64,000 bases of DNA, from NCBI GenBank assembly GCA_965644315.1, contig CBFFRQ010000031.1, positions 434,001 through 498,000 on the forward strand. The letters are read 5' to 3'. Source of the stretch: Caecitellus pseudoparvulus. Lineage: Eukaryota; Protista; Bigyra: Bicosoecida. Position 1 is the first letter of the stretch. Each line of letters starts with the position of its first letter. The position numbers and the translations under genes are program-made. Positions 25,901 to 39,135 of the stretch are shown in pieces. Below the pieces are notes generated by a model. It did no database searches, was not told where the DNA came from, and was given only the letters and a program-made list of their open reading frames with translations.

Positions 25901-28900
25901 CAGCCACGTCACCTGCGTGGCGGTCAAGCTGGGGTGTCAAGTCCACAACGTGCTCCAGGACATTGCCTCCCGGCAAGACCGCTGAGAACGTGACCGAGGC
26001 ACCGGCCACACCGCACCCCTCGTCTGTCACTGCCCCGCTCCAGTGCGCAACCACCCCGGAGAGAGGTGTCAATGGCAAAGCTGTGAGGTCAGCAGCCCTG
26101 GTTGCACTGCAGAAAGAAGCGGCGTCAGCGACTGCATCAGCACCATCATCGTCCAAGAGAACGGTGGACAAGCACATGGCCGGGAGGGTGGGCGGCTTAG
26201 TGTCAACAACCAGTGGGAGGATCGGCAGCAGTGTGGAGCTACCTGCGCCATTGAAAACCTTGACGTGGACGAAGGCTTGCGTGCCGTGCGGAAGGGAAGC
26301 AGTGTCCAGTGCAGCGAGTGCACCCGGGTTGCCTCCCGCGGGAGGATCGCGATCCACTCCAAGGGTGAGCTGGTCTGTCTCGCCGAGGTTTGTAGGAGGC
26401 AGCAGCCATCCAAGTGCTCCAGCCATGTCTTGCTGGGACAGTGGCGAGGAGTGCACGCCTACTTCGTAGGAGGCGATGCCGCTCACTTCGTCTGTGGCGG
26501 AGCAGGGAGACACAATGACCGATGTCGTATCAAGGCCAATGAACAGAGGAGGGGTCGTCCCGTTGGCGACATGCTGAGCGTAGATCACAGCGGCAGCCGC
26601 CACGTCCTGCTCCCGCACGCCGACCGGCAAGGTGTCCACGCTGGACTCCGGCGCCTTGCTATCGTGCTCGGCGAGCTCCTTGATAAAAGAGGTCACATTA
26701 GAGTCCCCTTCTCGTGCCAAGTCATGCAAACCTGCTCTGGCTAGCTTGGCAGCTGAGGCAGCAGCCTGGGATGCCACAGGTGCACACCGCAGAAACGCTG
26801 CAATGCCATCTGCCTTGCCGCTGCGGCTGAACATGAGGGTAGAGTCAACGTGTAGGCCAGCAACAACTGGCGGTGTCAAGTCCATGGAAACTGGCTCACT
26901 GGTCCACAACTGGGTAGTCCCACCGGCTCCATTCGTGAAGCGTACGCCCAGGTACACCTGCTTGCCTTCTCTCAGCGCCGCCAGGGCTGGCTGCAGTGCC
27001 ATGAGCACTGTCACGGTGTGGTCCTTGGACGGGTCAGAGGCAGCAGCCATGTTCGGAATGAGTGGTTGTCCGGTGGTGGTCCGGTGAACCGGGGTCCAGG
27101 GGGCGACATCCACGTGTCCGAAGGCTCCGAAGCCGCCGACGTGGCCGGGCGCAGCGCTTGAAGCCGCCACCTCAACTTCGACTAGGCCCGTTTGTGCATC
27201 ATGCATGGCCGGGAACGTGAGCGGGACGCCATGCTGCATGGCTGCAGGGGAGACAAAGGCAGGGGCTGTTGCCTCGTACTCCACAGCGACACGCTCAGCG
27301 TCAGCAACAGCGACTTCGCCTGGCTTGGCTCCACCGAAACCCACTAGGTCTGGCATGAAGCCTGCAGTTTCCACGTTGAGGTTGCCCTGCTCAAGTTCGG
27401 TGCCGTTGATGCGAGTGGGCACAATGTCACTCCGCACAGCGGCTGGATGCACCGTGGGCTGCGAGTCGTCAACAAGCACACCTGGTGACACCATCAAAGT
27501 GGGCTCGCCGCCGAGCGATGTGGCCTGAACGACACAGTGCGCAGTCGTTCCTGAAGGCACTGCTGTTTGGAGACGCAGGACTGCGCCCAGTAGAGGGGTC
27601 GGGAACGCCCCTGCGCGAGAGCGCACGTCACGCAACAGCCGCGACGGAAGCGCACCGCGCAAAATGGCTTCGTCCGCACCGACAGCAGCTTGAGCCGCAG
27701 ACAGGGTGAATGCTGCACTCTCGCTGCGCGTGTCTGTAACTGGGTCAGCTGCGGCTGCGGCAATGTCACTGCCATACGGCACGCTCAACAGACGGATGCG
27801 GCCGCCATCCACAGGGATGTCAGCCCCGCCGTCCTGGCCGTATTCCCGGGGGAGCACTCGCTCGAACACCTCGTCAACATCCTGACTCAGGTGTGCCACC
27901 GTGCCCAAGCCAGCCTGGGGTGGGAGTCGTGTCAAACTGGTCAACCACTCGGCGCTTCCCGAGCTCAGCGCCGTGACGAGACTTGGCAGGTCTGGGTTGA
28001 CGAGGCTTGGCGAGCTTGGTGGCGTCGTGATCCACCCAATCGCGTAGGAGACAGGGCGAGAGGCTGGAATCCAGGAACATGCCAGCTCTTGCGCTGCTTG
28101 CTGCATGCCTGGTTTGGGCCGGACTGGCTCGGTGCTCTCCTTGTCAGGAAGCGGCAGAGGAGTGCGGTGCACGTCCCGACGCACTGCTGTGCTCACAGCG
28201 CTGGGCAGCGCCTGAGTTGCCAAAGAACTGGGGGTGTCCAGGCCAGCTGCAGCAGGCACACGCTCCACGCCAACTGGCATGTGTGGCGCAACAGCCACGC
28301 TGGAGGGTCTGAAGAATGTCACTGGGATGCTTGGCACGCCAGGGGCGTCACGGGGAGGCATCAGCCCCGCAGCGACCAGCTGGGCTACTGGCGAGGTGGA
28401 GGTCCCTGGCACCAGCGCGGCATCAGGGAACAACGCGTCAGCGGCCGAGTGTCGTGGAAGAGGCAGACTCGGCATGGCGTCCACCACCAGGGGCACCGCT
28501 GACACGTGTTGTGACGCGCCTGTCGTGGAAGCGGCTGATACAGAGATGTAGTACACCTTGCCTGGCTCCAGAGTAACATCCTTTGCTTCCAGCGTCCACG
28601 TGAGAGGTATGGTTGCCTCCACTGCATCAGATGCCGCGCCAGTGCGTCGCATGTGCCAAGCAGCCTGGGGAGGGTGGCCTTCTTTGCGACTGGCGAGGCC
28701 GGCAGGCAGAAGAGCCTCCTGATTCTGCAGCTTGCCTTCTTGAGCAGACGCGGAGAACAAGCGCACGGGCTTGAGCACGTCAGACGCTCCAGGGGTGGAG
28801 CCAACCATGACGTGCACTTCAGCGACACCCACTCCAGCCACATGCACGCCTGCCATGCGCACGGCAGGCAGGGACACAGTCAAAGGCAGGGCCCAAACAG

Positions 28901-31900
28901 GTGCAAAGAGCACTGCGCGAGTAGAAGCACGCGACAACTGCGACTGTGGCAGGGCAAAGGTGCCGTTCCCAAGCGCTGCAAGCTCAGCAGCGTTCATGTC
29001 GTGCGTGGTAGCTGGCACTACAACATGCGCTGCCTTGCCATCATTCCGGGTGGCCATGGGAACAGCAGCATCCACTGGGCTTGTGAGGGGCGCGTGGTCT
29101 GGGAACAACGCACGGTACTCGATGGTAGAGACGTGCACCACACTTGCGCTGGGTGCACTGGTCAAGCTCAAGACTGGCGGTGATAGAATGAGCTCCGACG
29201 TGGGAGCAGGAATGAGCACAATGGACGCCCCTGCAACATCGTCAGGGGAGACAGCTCCCAGTGCATCTCGGTACTGCAGTGTGACGTGCACTGCATGTCC
29301 CGGCACGGCCAAGAGCGCCGCGAGGCCTTCTGTCAGACGCTGTGCGCCGGACTCCCCTTCAGCCGGCACAGTGGTGTTCTCTGCTGCAGCAGCTCTGAGG
29401 GTGGTGTCACTGAACTTCAATGCTGCAGGGGTCAATGGGATGGAGCGAACGGTTGCGGGAAGCACCGCCGAAACCTTGCTCTGCTTTCCACGGCGAGGCC
29501 TACCCCGCAGACGCACCAAGTGCGCCTCCACGAGGACATCTGCAAGGGGAACCGGGTGCTGCCCAGCAACCGCTGGGAGCACCCTTGCCCACAACGGGGC
29601 GCCTTGGGGTGGAACGAGAAAGGCTGCAAGTGGCACTGGCGCATCAGCGTCGACCGCCGGCTTGGAGCCGTCCAAGTCCATGGCGGCGAGCAGATCGACC
29701 AAAGCGGGGTGGGCTGCGTTGTTGATCCAGGTGGCATCTCCCTCCATAAGCACTGGTGGCACTGGCGGCGCAGCCCCTGCAATGCGCAGGGGGGGCAGCG
29801 AGGACACTTGATCCCGCAGTGCCGCAACAGAGCGCTTCATGCCTGAGGGATTCTCAGCTTCGATGTGGCAGCCAATCTCCACGACCCCTGCGTCCCTCTC
29901 GCTAGGTAAGTCGCCTGCCGCCACGGCGAGGGAAATGTAGTGCTGCACTGCATCACTCAAGTCAGCTGTGCCTGCTGGAAGAGCTGACTCTTGCGTCGCA
30001 GTGGTGAGAAGAGACGAGGTGCTGACACACCAAACGTTGCGCCCCGTATCAGGGTGAGAGCCGACGACACGAGCATCACCTGCCGAACCAGGAAGCGTGC
30101 GTGGGTTTGCGTCAGAAAGCACGCGCACAGGTGGAATGATGGGGGAGGCGTGCACCCAAGCGCCTGTGGCATCTGACACACGAGCCCAAAGCCCGATGGA
30201 GGTCTTGCGAGCCGAGTTGACCATGTCCCCTGCCTGTTGCCAGATGCAAGCACCTGCACCTGCAGTCATTTGGCTGGCGGCATCCTCCACAGCGTGCACA
30301 GTGTGCAAGTCCGGTGACACTGCGCCTGCTGTAGTGCCATCGACTACTGAGCTGCTCATAGCTGCACTGCACGCGTCTTGGCCAGGAGTCCACACCAGCG
30401 CAGGGGGCTCAGGGACAAGAGGCTTGACCATGTTCACGATAGACGTCCTGTCTACTGAGGTGCCTCGAAGCCCAGCGGCGTTCATGCAGAACGCAGTGAC
30501 ATATACGTCACCGTTCAATGGAAGCTCTGTGGAGAGCACAAGTCTTCCGAACTCCCACTCAACAGGCTCCGTGCTGCGCTGAGACGACACGCCCATGGAT
30601 GTCAGTGGCATGTAGTGAGACCCTTCCTCATCTGAACCAACCATGAGCTGTACGTCGACAATGTCAGAAGAAGTGTCTTGTACTGTGAGGTTGACTGAAA
30701 TGGACGTCTGTGTAACTTGCGTGATGTCTTCAATGGCCACGGAACACGGAGAGTGGTTGACCAGGGAGAGCAGCGCCGTGGACTCCGACGACAGAATGCC
30801 AGACGCCCCCGATGCCTCCACGGTGGCACCCAAGCGCGCGCGCTCTTGAAAGGAAACGCCTTCATCAGACTGCGTTGTGTCAGCTTCGAAGTCCACGCAA
30901 GGTGTGGGTGGGTACTCCGTGCTTAGTTGTGAAGTGTGCGGGATGCGAAGCTGGTGCACCGTGCGGACAGAAGCGGAATGCACCGGGAGGACGCTTGGTG
31001 GCATGCTAGACAGGACAGCACCGGCAGCGATCCACGCCTGAGCCGCTTCAAGATCCGTTGCACACCACACGACGACATCATACTGCTTGATGGGCATGGC
31101 GTGGTCGTGGTCGAAGCCTGACCAAGTCACAACAAGGGAGCCCGGGGGCACCGGGGGTGAGAACGGCGCAGCTGGGGTCCAATCTTGGACATGCCGGAGC
31201 AGAACGTGAGCGTTTGAGTGCCGACGATTCGTGGCGATGATGCCATCAGTGTATGCGAATCCCACAAGGCCGTTAACATCGGTAACTCTAAACCCAACAA
31301 CTATACCCACTTGCGCATTCTGAAACGTCGGCGGGATGGCCAGGTTTACAATCCCCGAAACGCTCACTGACTCTGCAACATTCGCGAATTCCGTCTGCTG
31401 CTGCAGTTCAGTCGGTGAGGAATACAGCGGCACGCGAACGTGCTGGCCCTGGACTGGCCCTTCGCCAGCCAGCGTTGCGGGAAGCTCGGGAGTGGTGAAC
31501 AGAGCCGCCTGCACTGATGTGATGGCTGCCCCGCCGCTACCCAATGCGTAGCCATATGCAGCGGACACGCTCTGGTGGCTGCCTTGCCAGTCTGCATCGG
31601 CATTCTGCAACAGCGCCACGTCGGCGAGTCCTTGGCTGAGGGAGCCTGCAATGCCGGGCTGTGCAGCTAAACCACCTGCCCGGATGCCAAGGTCTGCGAC
31701 GGCCCCAACACTCGGCATGTGTGTGGTGATGCCAGCTGCCGCGCTGTCAGCGGATGCTGTTAGCCCTGCTCCATTTTCGCAAGTCACCCGGCTGGTGTAC
31801 GTATCGGGTGGAGATGCGCTGCTGCTGATGGAAGCCCAGGCGTACGGGAGGGTGCCAGGCATGGCGAGCAACTGCACTTCGTCACCAACATCTCCACTAA

Positions 31901-34900
31901 AGTGATGCGTTGCAAGGACAATGTCCAAGTTGGAGGTTTGGGCGATGGTCCAAGTACAAGTGCAGGGGCCTGACTCGGGGTCTTGCACTTGCCCCACTTG
32001 CAAATAGTATGGCTCAAAGGCAGACAACAAATTTGCTGACACCTCTAGCTCAGGTCCATGGCGAATTGTGGCAGCTGAGAGGCCTGTACAGGGTGTAGCA
32101 TCGTAGGCCAGACCCATTTTCTGTGTCAGGACTGAGGTGAGACCGTTGCCGCCAGTCGCGGTCAGAGTCACAATGAACGGGGTATGAGAGTCCAGGAAGA
32201 GTGAAGTCATTGTGAGACCAGTGGCAGAGCCCGCTGCTGAAAACCGACTGCTGATGGACGGGTCATGTGCTGCGTGCACTTCGACATGCCACCAGCGAAT
32301 GCCTGCGTCCGGCAACACACCTGCCCAAGTGACTGGGGCACTGAAGCGACTTGAAGTGTACGCGTGCTCAGTCCATGGCGTGCCCACGACGTTGAAGGAA
32401 GTTATGTTGGGGTGCGCTGAAACGACGGAAAACGGCAGTGAAGTGGCTGAGACAGAGAGCCCCGCCACATTTGTAGCGGTGCACTCCAGCACATACTGCT
32501 GGGGATGCTGTTCAAGGCCGCTGCCCCCAACAGCCACGACGTCTGCGGGAGCGAAATTTGGGAATTGCCCAAAAATGTGCTCCAGGGAGCCTACTGTAGT
32601 GTTCGCCACGTGGCCAGCAGCTACCCCAGCACGTGTCGCGCTAGTTCCGGGGCTGGGTCCATCATTGTTTGACTCGGGTTGTAGGCCTCGCATGCCACTT
32701 GGCGTACTGGCAAGCAACTTGAAGCGGTATTGGAGAATTCCTTGGCCATCTGATTCGGTCACACCAACGAAGGCTGCGCCCACTTCCCGAGTGCTTGCAG
32801 TCGTCACCGTGGCATCGTCAGCCACTGTCCACGCTCCTGTGAGTTCGTTGAAGGGTGTATCCATCAAGCGCTGTCTTGTTGATGCGGGCCACAGCGGAAT
32901 GCATGCTGACAAGCCAGCTCCAGGATTCGCAACCTCGGGAGGCGTGCTGTCAATCGTCAGGTCAGCAAACGAGACGGTCGCTGCCCCAGAAAAGTCAGTC
33001 TGGCGCAGAGACAGTCTGTATGTGGAGCCTTGGGCGAGGACGTCGTGCGGTGGGAGAGTGATTGTCCAGCCCAGGGGTGCCTGGCGACTGAAATGCGACT
33101 TCAGCTCATGCCAGCGCACAAAGCGCTCAGGCGCATCGCGGGTGCCGAAAGCGAGCTCCAGGTCAGTATTGTTTAGTGGCTCAGTCCATGAGGCGAGCAC
33201 ATGAGCGCCATCACTTTGTGCAAGCACTGTCGGCAGCGCTGCAAGCTGCTCCCAGTCCTCAATGGCAACCAATGAGCGCCGATCAGACGGCTTGAAAGCT
33301 ATGTCAATGAGGCCAGGTTTGGCGCAATCGAACAGAAAGTGAGCCTCCAGCGGTTCAGCGAACATGAGCAAGTGGTTGGAGGCCGTGGCACGAACGCGAA
33401 CCCAGTCGCCATCGGCGGGAGATGCATCAAGGTCGCCCCACTGTGCAAAAAGAAAGCCAACATGCCCGGCTGTGGGAATGGCTGTCCAATTTAGTGCTGT
33501 TTCGTTGGTACACGCGGGTCCGGGGCCCTCCTCCAGACAATCGCGCATGACATCAATGGTCCACCAGAAACTGTGCAAGCCATCCCCCGTCGGCTCGTCA
33601 AAGCCCCGCAGCTGAATGCCCACGTGTGGGCCACAAAAGGCGCTCTCGATGACAGGCTGTGTCTCCACATCGTACACGAAGTCAATGCTATTTGCAGCAG
33701 CCAGAACTGCGCCTGTAGTGGGCACCACATGCATCGTTGCCGCGGAGGCATCTGGCGGAGTCGAGTCCACCATAGCAACATCAGAGCACGATGAGGGAGT
33801 GAGCACTGGCACAGCCGCAGTGAGGTTTGGGGCCACATACATGCCGCCCATGACCAAACTGCCATCGGCAGGCACCCCACCCGCAAGGGAAGCGGCCATG
33901 TCATACTGGGCGAAGAGATCTTGTGGTTCGTGGCGAATTTGCAGATCGCTCATCAGGACAGTGTTTGGCGCTTTCCAAAGCGAAAGCTGGGCAGCGTTCG
34001 GGCTGTCAAGACCTTCACTGGTGAAGAATGCGCTGCAAGACGGTGCATGCCATGTCAGCGAGCCAGGAGCACCAACGACGGCCAGGGAGCTCGCCATGCT
34101 TAGGGGGCCGCAAGTCGCCGCCCAACCACGACCCTGCAGAACTACTGGCTTGTCACCACGATGATACATGTGGCCGTTCGAAGCGACTACCGTTGCAGGA
34201 AAGGCACTTGAGGGGGAGTCTGGAGTCAACATGCTTAAGCTTGTCGCGGAGGTGGCTTGCATCACCACGTCCTGCCCCAGGCTCTGCAGACTTGGAGTGT
34301 GGCGGGTGTATGGCGGGCACTCCTTGCCCCCATTACAGACAGCCTGGGGTGTGCAATCGTCCAACCGTGGAGCGCACTCTGTGCCTAGAGCTAGTGTGTC
34401 AATGAGACATTCTCCCACTGCGTTGCACTTTGGAGCGGTGGCATTCTTTGCTTCCGGCCGCCAGACTTGGCACGTTCCTGGGGAACAGTCTGCGTAGCTG
34501 TCCCAAACACACATCCCAGACTCACAACGGCTGTTCTTGAAGCATGGATCGTCTTTGCAACCGACCGTGCCATCTGGAACATTAGTCCAGGTCTGATAGT
34601 CAGCGGCGCTCTCAGAAGCGCAAAATTGGCAGGTCGAATTCGGGTTCGGCTGGCCGTATTCGAACTGAAACCAACCAGCAGCGCCAGTCACGGGGTCATT
34701 CGGGAAGGCACAGCCACACTTTACCTTGCCTTCTGGTGGGTAGTACGTTCGAGGAACGTTGTACTCAGGCTCGCAAACATAGTGATTGGGAACGTTGCAC
34801 CACTCGCACAGAATTGTGTCCCCAACACAGAAAGGGAAGTCGCTGCCAGTTCCCGCCGAGCAAGTGTCATTGGCAGTCGTGTGGTCGCCATCCCAGCATG

Positions 34901-36282
34901 CCACGCCTGGGGAAGTGGGAGCTGCCGTGACTGTGCCTGCCTGAGCTGGGCCTCCGCACGTTGGATATGAAGGTGCTGCAGGTGGCCCAAGGCGGCGGCT
35001 CACGGCGTCTGGGAAACTTCTGTTGCTGTACTCGAGATGCGCTTGAGGCTCGAAAGCGGTGCTGCTGCTGGCGAGCTGCCTCGAACCTGACCCGACCGCA
35101 GGTCCAGTTCCGGTTGTATCAGTGGAAGTATGCCCAACTGGATACGTACCGCACCAGCTCCCCCCTGATGAACCAGGGGGGAGCGTGATGGGTGTTGGGA
35201 TACCAGAACACTTTCCCGTGTGTGCATCGCCACTTGCTCCAACGCACAGCTCGCACCCATCATTGATGCCCCAGTCTTCAAACGGCACACCGGACTCATT
35301 CTTTGCTTTGAGCAAGCTATCCCCATTGTTCATCACAAGGTCGTAGCTGACACCATTCGAATCCACGAAGGGAATGACACATTTGTGGCACATGACGCTA
35401 CAGGCACCAGTTTGAGGGTGGACACACTCCCCTTCTCGCACACAGCCCATCGACCGAGCCGGCTTGTACCCTGGCAAGCACCTGTCTTGGCCAGTACTGG
35501 GCTGATACCAGCCAGCCGGGCAGTCAAACTTGCGGCCTCCACAACAAAAGCTTCCTGCGGGGCAGATGTGCTGCTCACTGGGATACATGTTCCTTGCACT
35601 GTTCCACTCAGGCCATGAGAAGTACCCTCCCGCAACATTCACAGGCAAGGCTGCAGTGGAGCCAGGAGGGCAGTACGAAACGTAACTGTCACATGGGGCC
35701 GGATGTGGAGAGCTTCCATCACATACGAAGCCTGGAGGGCATTCCTCACACCCGATGGCGGCACCAGAGGGCGTGACCTGCACAAACTCCCCTGGAGGAC
35801 AGCAAACACCGCCGAGGCATGCCCCGGAAGCTGTAGTCCCACCAGTGTGAGTGATAAACGTCCCTGTCCCACCGATGCTTCCCTTCTCCGCAAGATTCCG
35901 CCGTGCATCAGCGTGGGTGTGGGTGGAATGCAGCGTGGTGCCTGTAGCTGTGTATGCGTGAACCTGGATATGCTCGGCGGGTGTCTCATTCACGATGTCA
36001 CGCCAGTGGCGGACGTCTGGACCTTCTAGCTCTGTCAAATGAGGAAAGGGGTCGTCCAAAGCCCTTGCCACATCGTCAACGGTGAACTCAGCCAGAGAAG
36101 CTGGCGCAAGGAGAGTGGGTGGTCACAGTGAATCCTCTCGTCAGCACTGACACGCATTGCCGCCTGACGCAGAAAGGTGAAAAGCACACTGCTAACACTA
36201 ATCAGGCGCACGTACCAACGATGAATGTTGGGAGAATCCAGAGTTGGAGGGCCAGTTGACACAAGCGCACGTGAAACACCAT
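22914..36282 (-). CDS. Giant secreted protein B (4,417 aa): signal peptide + Cys-rich head (GCC2/GCC3-like, disintegrin-like) + tandem FN3/Ig-like repeats; exons 36216-36282 and 22914-36100
   Basis: The 4,385-aa track ORF starts at a GTG and its frame is closed by a stop at 36123-36125. A phase-1 GTACGT...CCAG intron (36101-36215, 115 nt) joins an upstream exon, giving MVFHVRLCQLALQLWILPTFIVASLA-EFTVDD (signal peptide). Cys-rich motifs CPPGFVC and CPAGWYQPSTGQDRC. Repeat motifs QDPESG, DEVSGIASYEVG, VGSTPGASDV, NAAGL, DSTPP. Confidence 0.88.
23000..33800 (-). repeat. Protein-level tandem FN3/Ig-like module array in gene B (same consensus as gene A)
   Basis: VDSTPP, IDSTPP, MDLTPP, VDTKPP; CTATNVAGLSV, CENGAGLTA, CMNAAGL, FTNGAGG, VFNGAGS; VGSTPGASDV, VGTAPGASDV. 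Boundaries are approximate. Confidence 0.75.
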
Positions 36283-37099
36283 GTCAAATGAAACGCAAGG
36301 TGGGTGAGGGAACGCCTGCAGAACCAACCCATGCTCACCGCACACCGATGCAAAGCTCCGACGAATATACCACAGGAGGTACAAGTATGCAGTATTTTGA
36401 GTTCTCGCTTTCCACAGTCAAGGCCCCTTTGCATGAACGATGTCAGCCGCCATGCTGACACGGCACAGAGCTCTGCACCGCCTTGCCCGGCAATGAGGGT
36501 CAGGCGGCGGCGCCTAGCCATCCCGAGGTGGGTAACTTCCACGGTCACCCACAACGTTGCCGTCCAGGAGATCACATGAAGGCATCCGCGCAAGGGTGGA
36601 TGCCGCGAAGCGGAAGGAGGGGTGGGCTCCTGCATCTTCCAGCGCTTGCAGGTTAGTCTGACTTTCGCTGAAAACAGAGCACCCTTGCGTGCGTGCTTCT
36701 TGTCCAGATTGGCTCCTTCGAGGATTCACATGCCTCTCGCCCCGTCCTCCTACGTGTCTGTACGTCCTCCCTACTCTGCCAGCGTTTCTACTCTTCCGGT
36801 CCAGGACTGTGGTGAGCTTCTCTCATTTGTGCAAGGCAGCACAGCACGAATCTCTCTGTAGTACCCCCGAAGGTCCTGTGGTGCTGGAGCTGGGAAAAAG
36901 CATGACACCATGCGCCATCGATGAGTGGGGAGCTCAGCTACCACACTGCGATTCACCTGCTGAGGCATTCACTTGTCACGGAGCACATCAAAGCAATGCA
37001 GCCACAATTTAGAAGTATTTTAAGGCAATCCGCATTATCCTCTCACGAATCCGTGATGCTAGGAAGCTGTGAAGCCTGTGAGTCTGTTGGTGGCACATC

Positions 37100-37110
37100 C
37101 AATTTCCGCA
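37100..37110 (+). promoter_or_regulatory. CAATTTCCGCA candidate core promoter element of the CABLES-like gene
   Basis: Ends 15 nt before ATG 37126. Confidence 0.55.
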
Positions 37111-37125
37111 GTCTTGGTTCGAGGC

Positions 37126-39062
37126 ATGCCGGGGGAGTCCAAGGCTGGGCAGGAAGTGGGGCCAGCGCACCTGAGGAGGCAGGGATCTGCAGATCGAGAT
37201 GGCTTGGCTGGCGTCCGAAGGTTGGCTGTGGCGCTTAGGTTCCTGCAAAGCATTCCGTTGGGTAGTGCTGCGTCCAAAGACCGCAGCTCGGGGGCAGGCG
37301 AGACTGAGCTCGTGCACCAGGACAGTGAAGGCGCTGAGAGCCAGTGAGAGATCGATGCGTTGTGTCGCTCCCCTAGATCTTACGCCTTGCAAGCAAGTGT
37401 GCCGCCGCAATGCCCTCTCGTCGCAGGGTACTGGACGTCGCTGCACAGCAGGACACTGGCGTTGTGCGCATTCAAGGCGCAGCGTTCCGGCGTGTCACAT
37501 CGCGGGGGGACCGCAGCTCGGAGCAGTACCGCGGCGCACTGTTGCAAGCTGGCGTGACGTCTGGTCGCGTCTTCTTTTCCCGCCGGCTGGCCTTCCCCAC
37601 GGGCGTCTTCGCCCTGCTGCCGCACGAGCGCAGCGACGATGACACCGCCTCTCGCGCAGGAGCCAGCATTGACCTGGTGGCGTCCACTCTGGGCCCATCG
37701 GCTGCTCGAGGGGGCGGCGTGTCCACTCCTTTCTGGGCAGTGGCGTCCGAGGTGTCGTATGCGAGACTGCTGCAGCCGACGTGGGGCGACCGGGCGTGGT
37801 TCCGCGCCTGGCACCGGGCGGCAGGCGGCCGCATCCCGCCTTCGCGGGTGCGGCCTGTGGATGCGCTGTTACCGTTGCTGACGCCGTACCCCAGCGACGG
37901 CGCCCTGCAGCCCCCCGACAGCTTCCCCTTCAGACCGTACGACCCGATGGCGCTGGACCCCCCCCTCACAGCCCGGGAGAAGGGGGCAGGGCAACTGCAG
38001 CTGCCCAGCTTCACCATGACGCTCATTCCCTACCGCACGGCGGCGGAGGCGGATGCAGACCGGGAGGAACGCTGGCGAGAGGCGCACCCGTGGTTGTCTG
38101 CGCACCGCCTGTCCATCGTGCGCCTGCGCAGTGCACAGCGAGCCCTGCTGCGGGCGTGGCTGGGCATGGGCGCCGAGGTGTCCAGCTTGGCCCTGGCGTG
38201 GGTGTACTTTGAGAAGCTCGTGTGGAGCCGGTGTGTGGACCGGGGCAACCAGATGGTCGTGCTGGCTGCCTGCGCGTTGCTGGCGCTGAAGTTCAATGAC
38301 CCACCACGGGGCACGGGCAGCGGCGGCAGCAGTGGTGACGCAGGGGATGCCAGCCCCAGCGACGGTGGTGCCGCGCACATTGTCAAGACCCTGCTGCCGG
38401 GACTGGCGGCTGCTCTGGGTGTGTCAGCCTCAGCCGTGAGGACCATGGAGTTCCCCGTGTTGGCGCGGCTGGGCTTCGGCCTGCACGTGCCGTTGATGGA
38501 AGTGCTGCCACACTTCGAACGCCTCATGCGCTGGGCGGCGCTGGATGTGGATGAGTACTTGGGCCTGACGGGGGCTGGCAAGGCGCCCCGGAGCAGGCCC
38601 TCTGGCACGCCCCAGCCGGGTCAAGGGGGGGGGGCGGCCCGAGGAGGCGATGGTGAGGGCACTGCTGCCAGCGACAGTGACGACGGCTGGATCTACGACA
38701 CGGGCGTGCACTACGACTACCGCAATGACGAGTTGGGCGTGGGGCGGGGTCGGGCGATGGGGGCTGCAGCGCACAGGCCGTTCTACGCGCCCTTGAAGGG
38801 ATCAGCGGGCGTGGAGCTGATGCAAGGCGACTCCATGGGTGACTCAGACTCCTCAGCTGCCTCGCGGATGTCAGAGCACTCGGCGCATTCGGTGCAGCCG
38901 CCCTCCATCCCGGGCGAGACTGGCAGCGTTGGCACGGAGGGCGAGGAGGTGGTGGGGGCCCCTCCCACTGCGCCCCACGCCAAGTCGGGGAAGCGAAAGC
39001 AACGACCGCCTCGTGGCGGGCGGCGGGGGTATTCTCCGCGTCTCGTGGTGCATTCGGGGTAG
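37126..39062 (+). CDS. CABLES-like (CDK5 and ABL1 enzyme substrate) cyclin-box protein, 617 aa; exons 37126-37343 and 37427-39062
   Basis: Family motifs YDPMALDPP, LALAWVYFEKLV, AACALLALKF, EFPVLARLGFGL. The upstream exon carries RRLAVALRFLQSIPL, resembling the CABLES N-terminal RRxAALxFLxNISL motif. Phase-2 GTGAGA...GCAG intron at 37344-37426. Confidence 0.85.
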
Positions 39063-39135
39063 CGGCGTGCATGGAGCCGTGCGGAAATTGGGACACCCAC
39101 ACCCTGCCGCACCCTCTCCGCAGTGTGGTGGAGCG

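Noticed and set aside
36198-37446. Short ORFs in the divergent gap between gene B and CABLES
   Set aside because: Apart from the two first exons identified, they lack coding-like composition or motifs.
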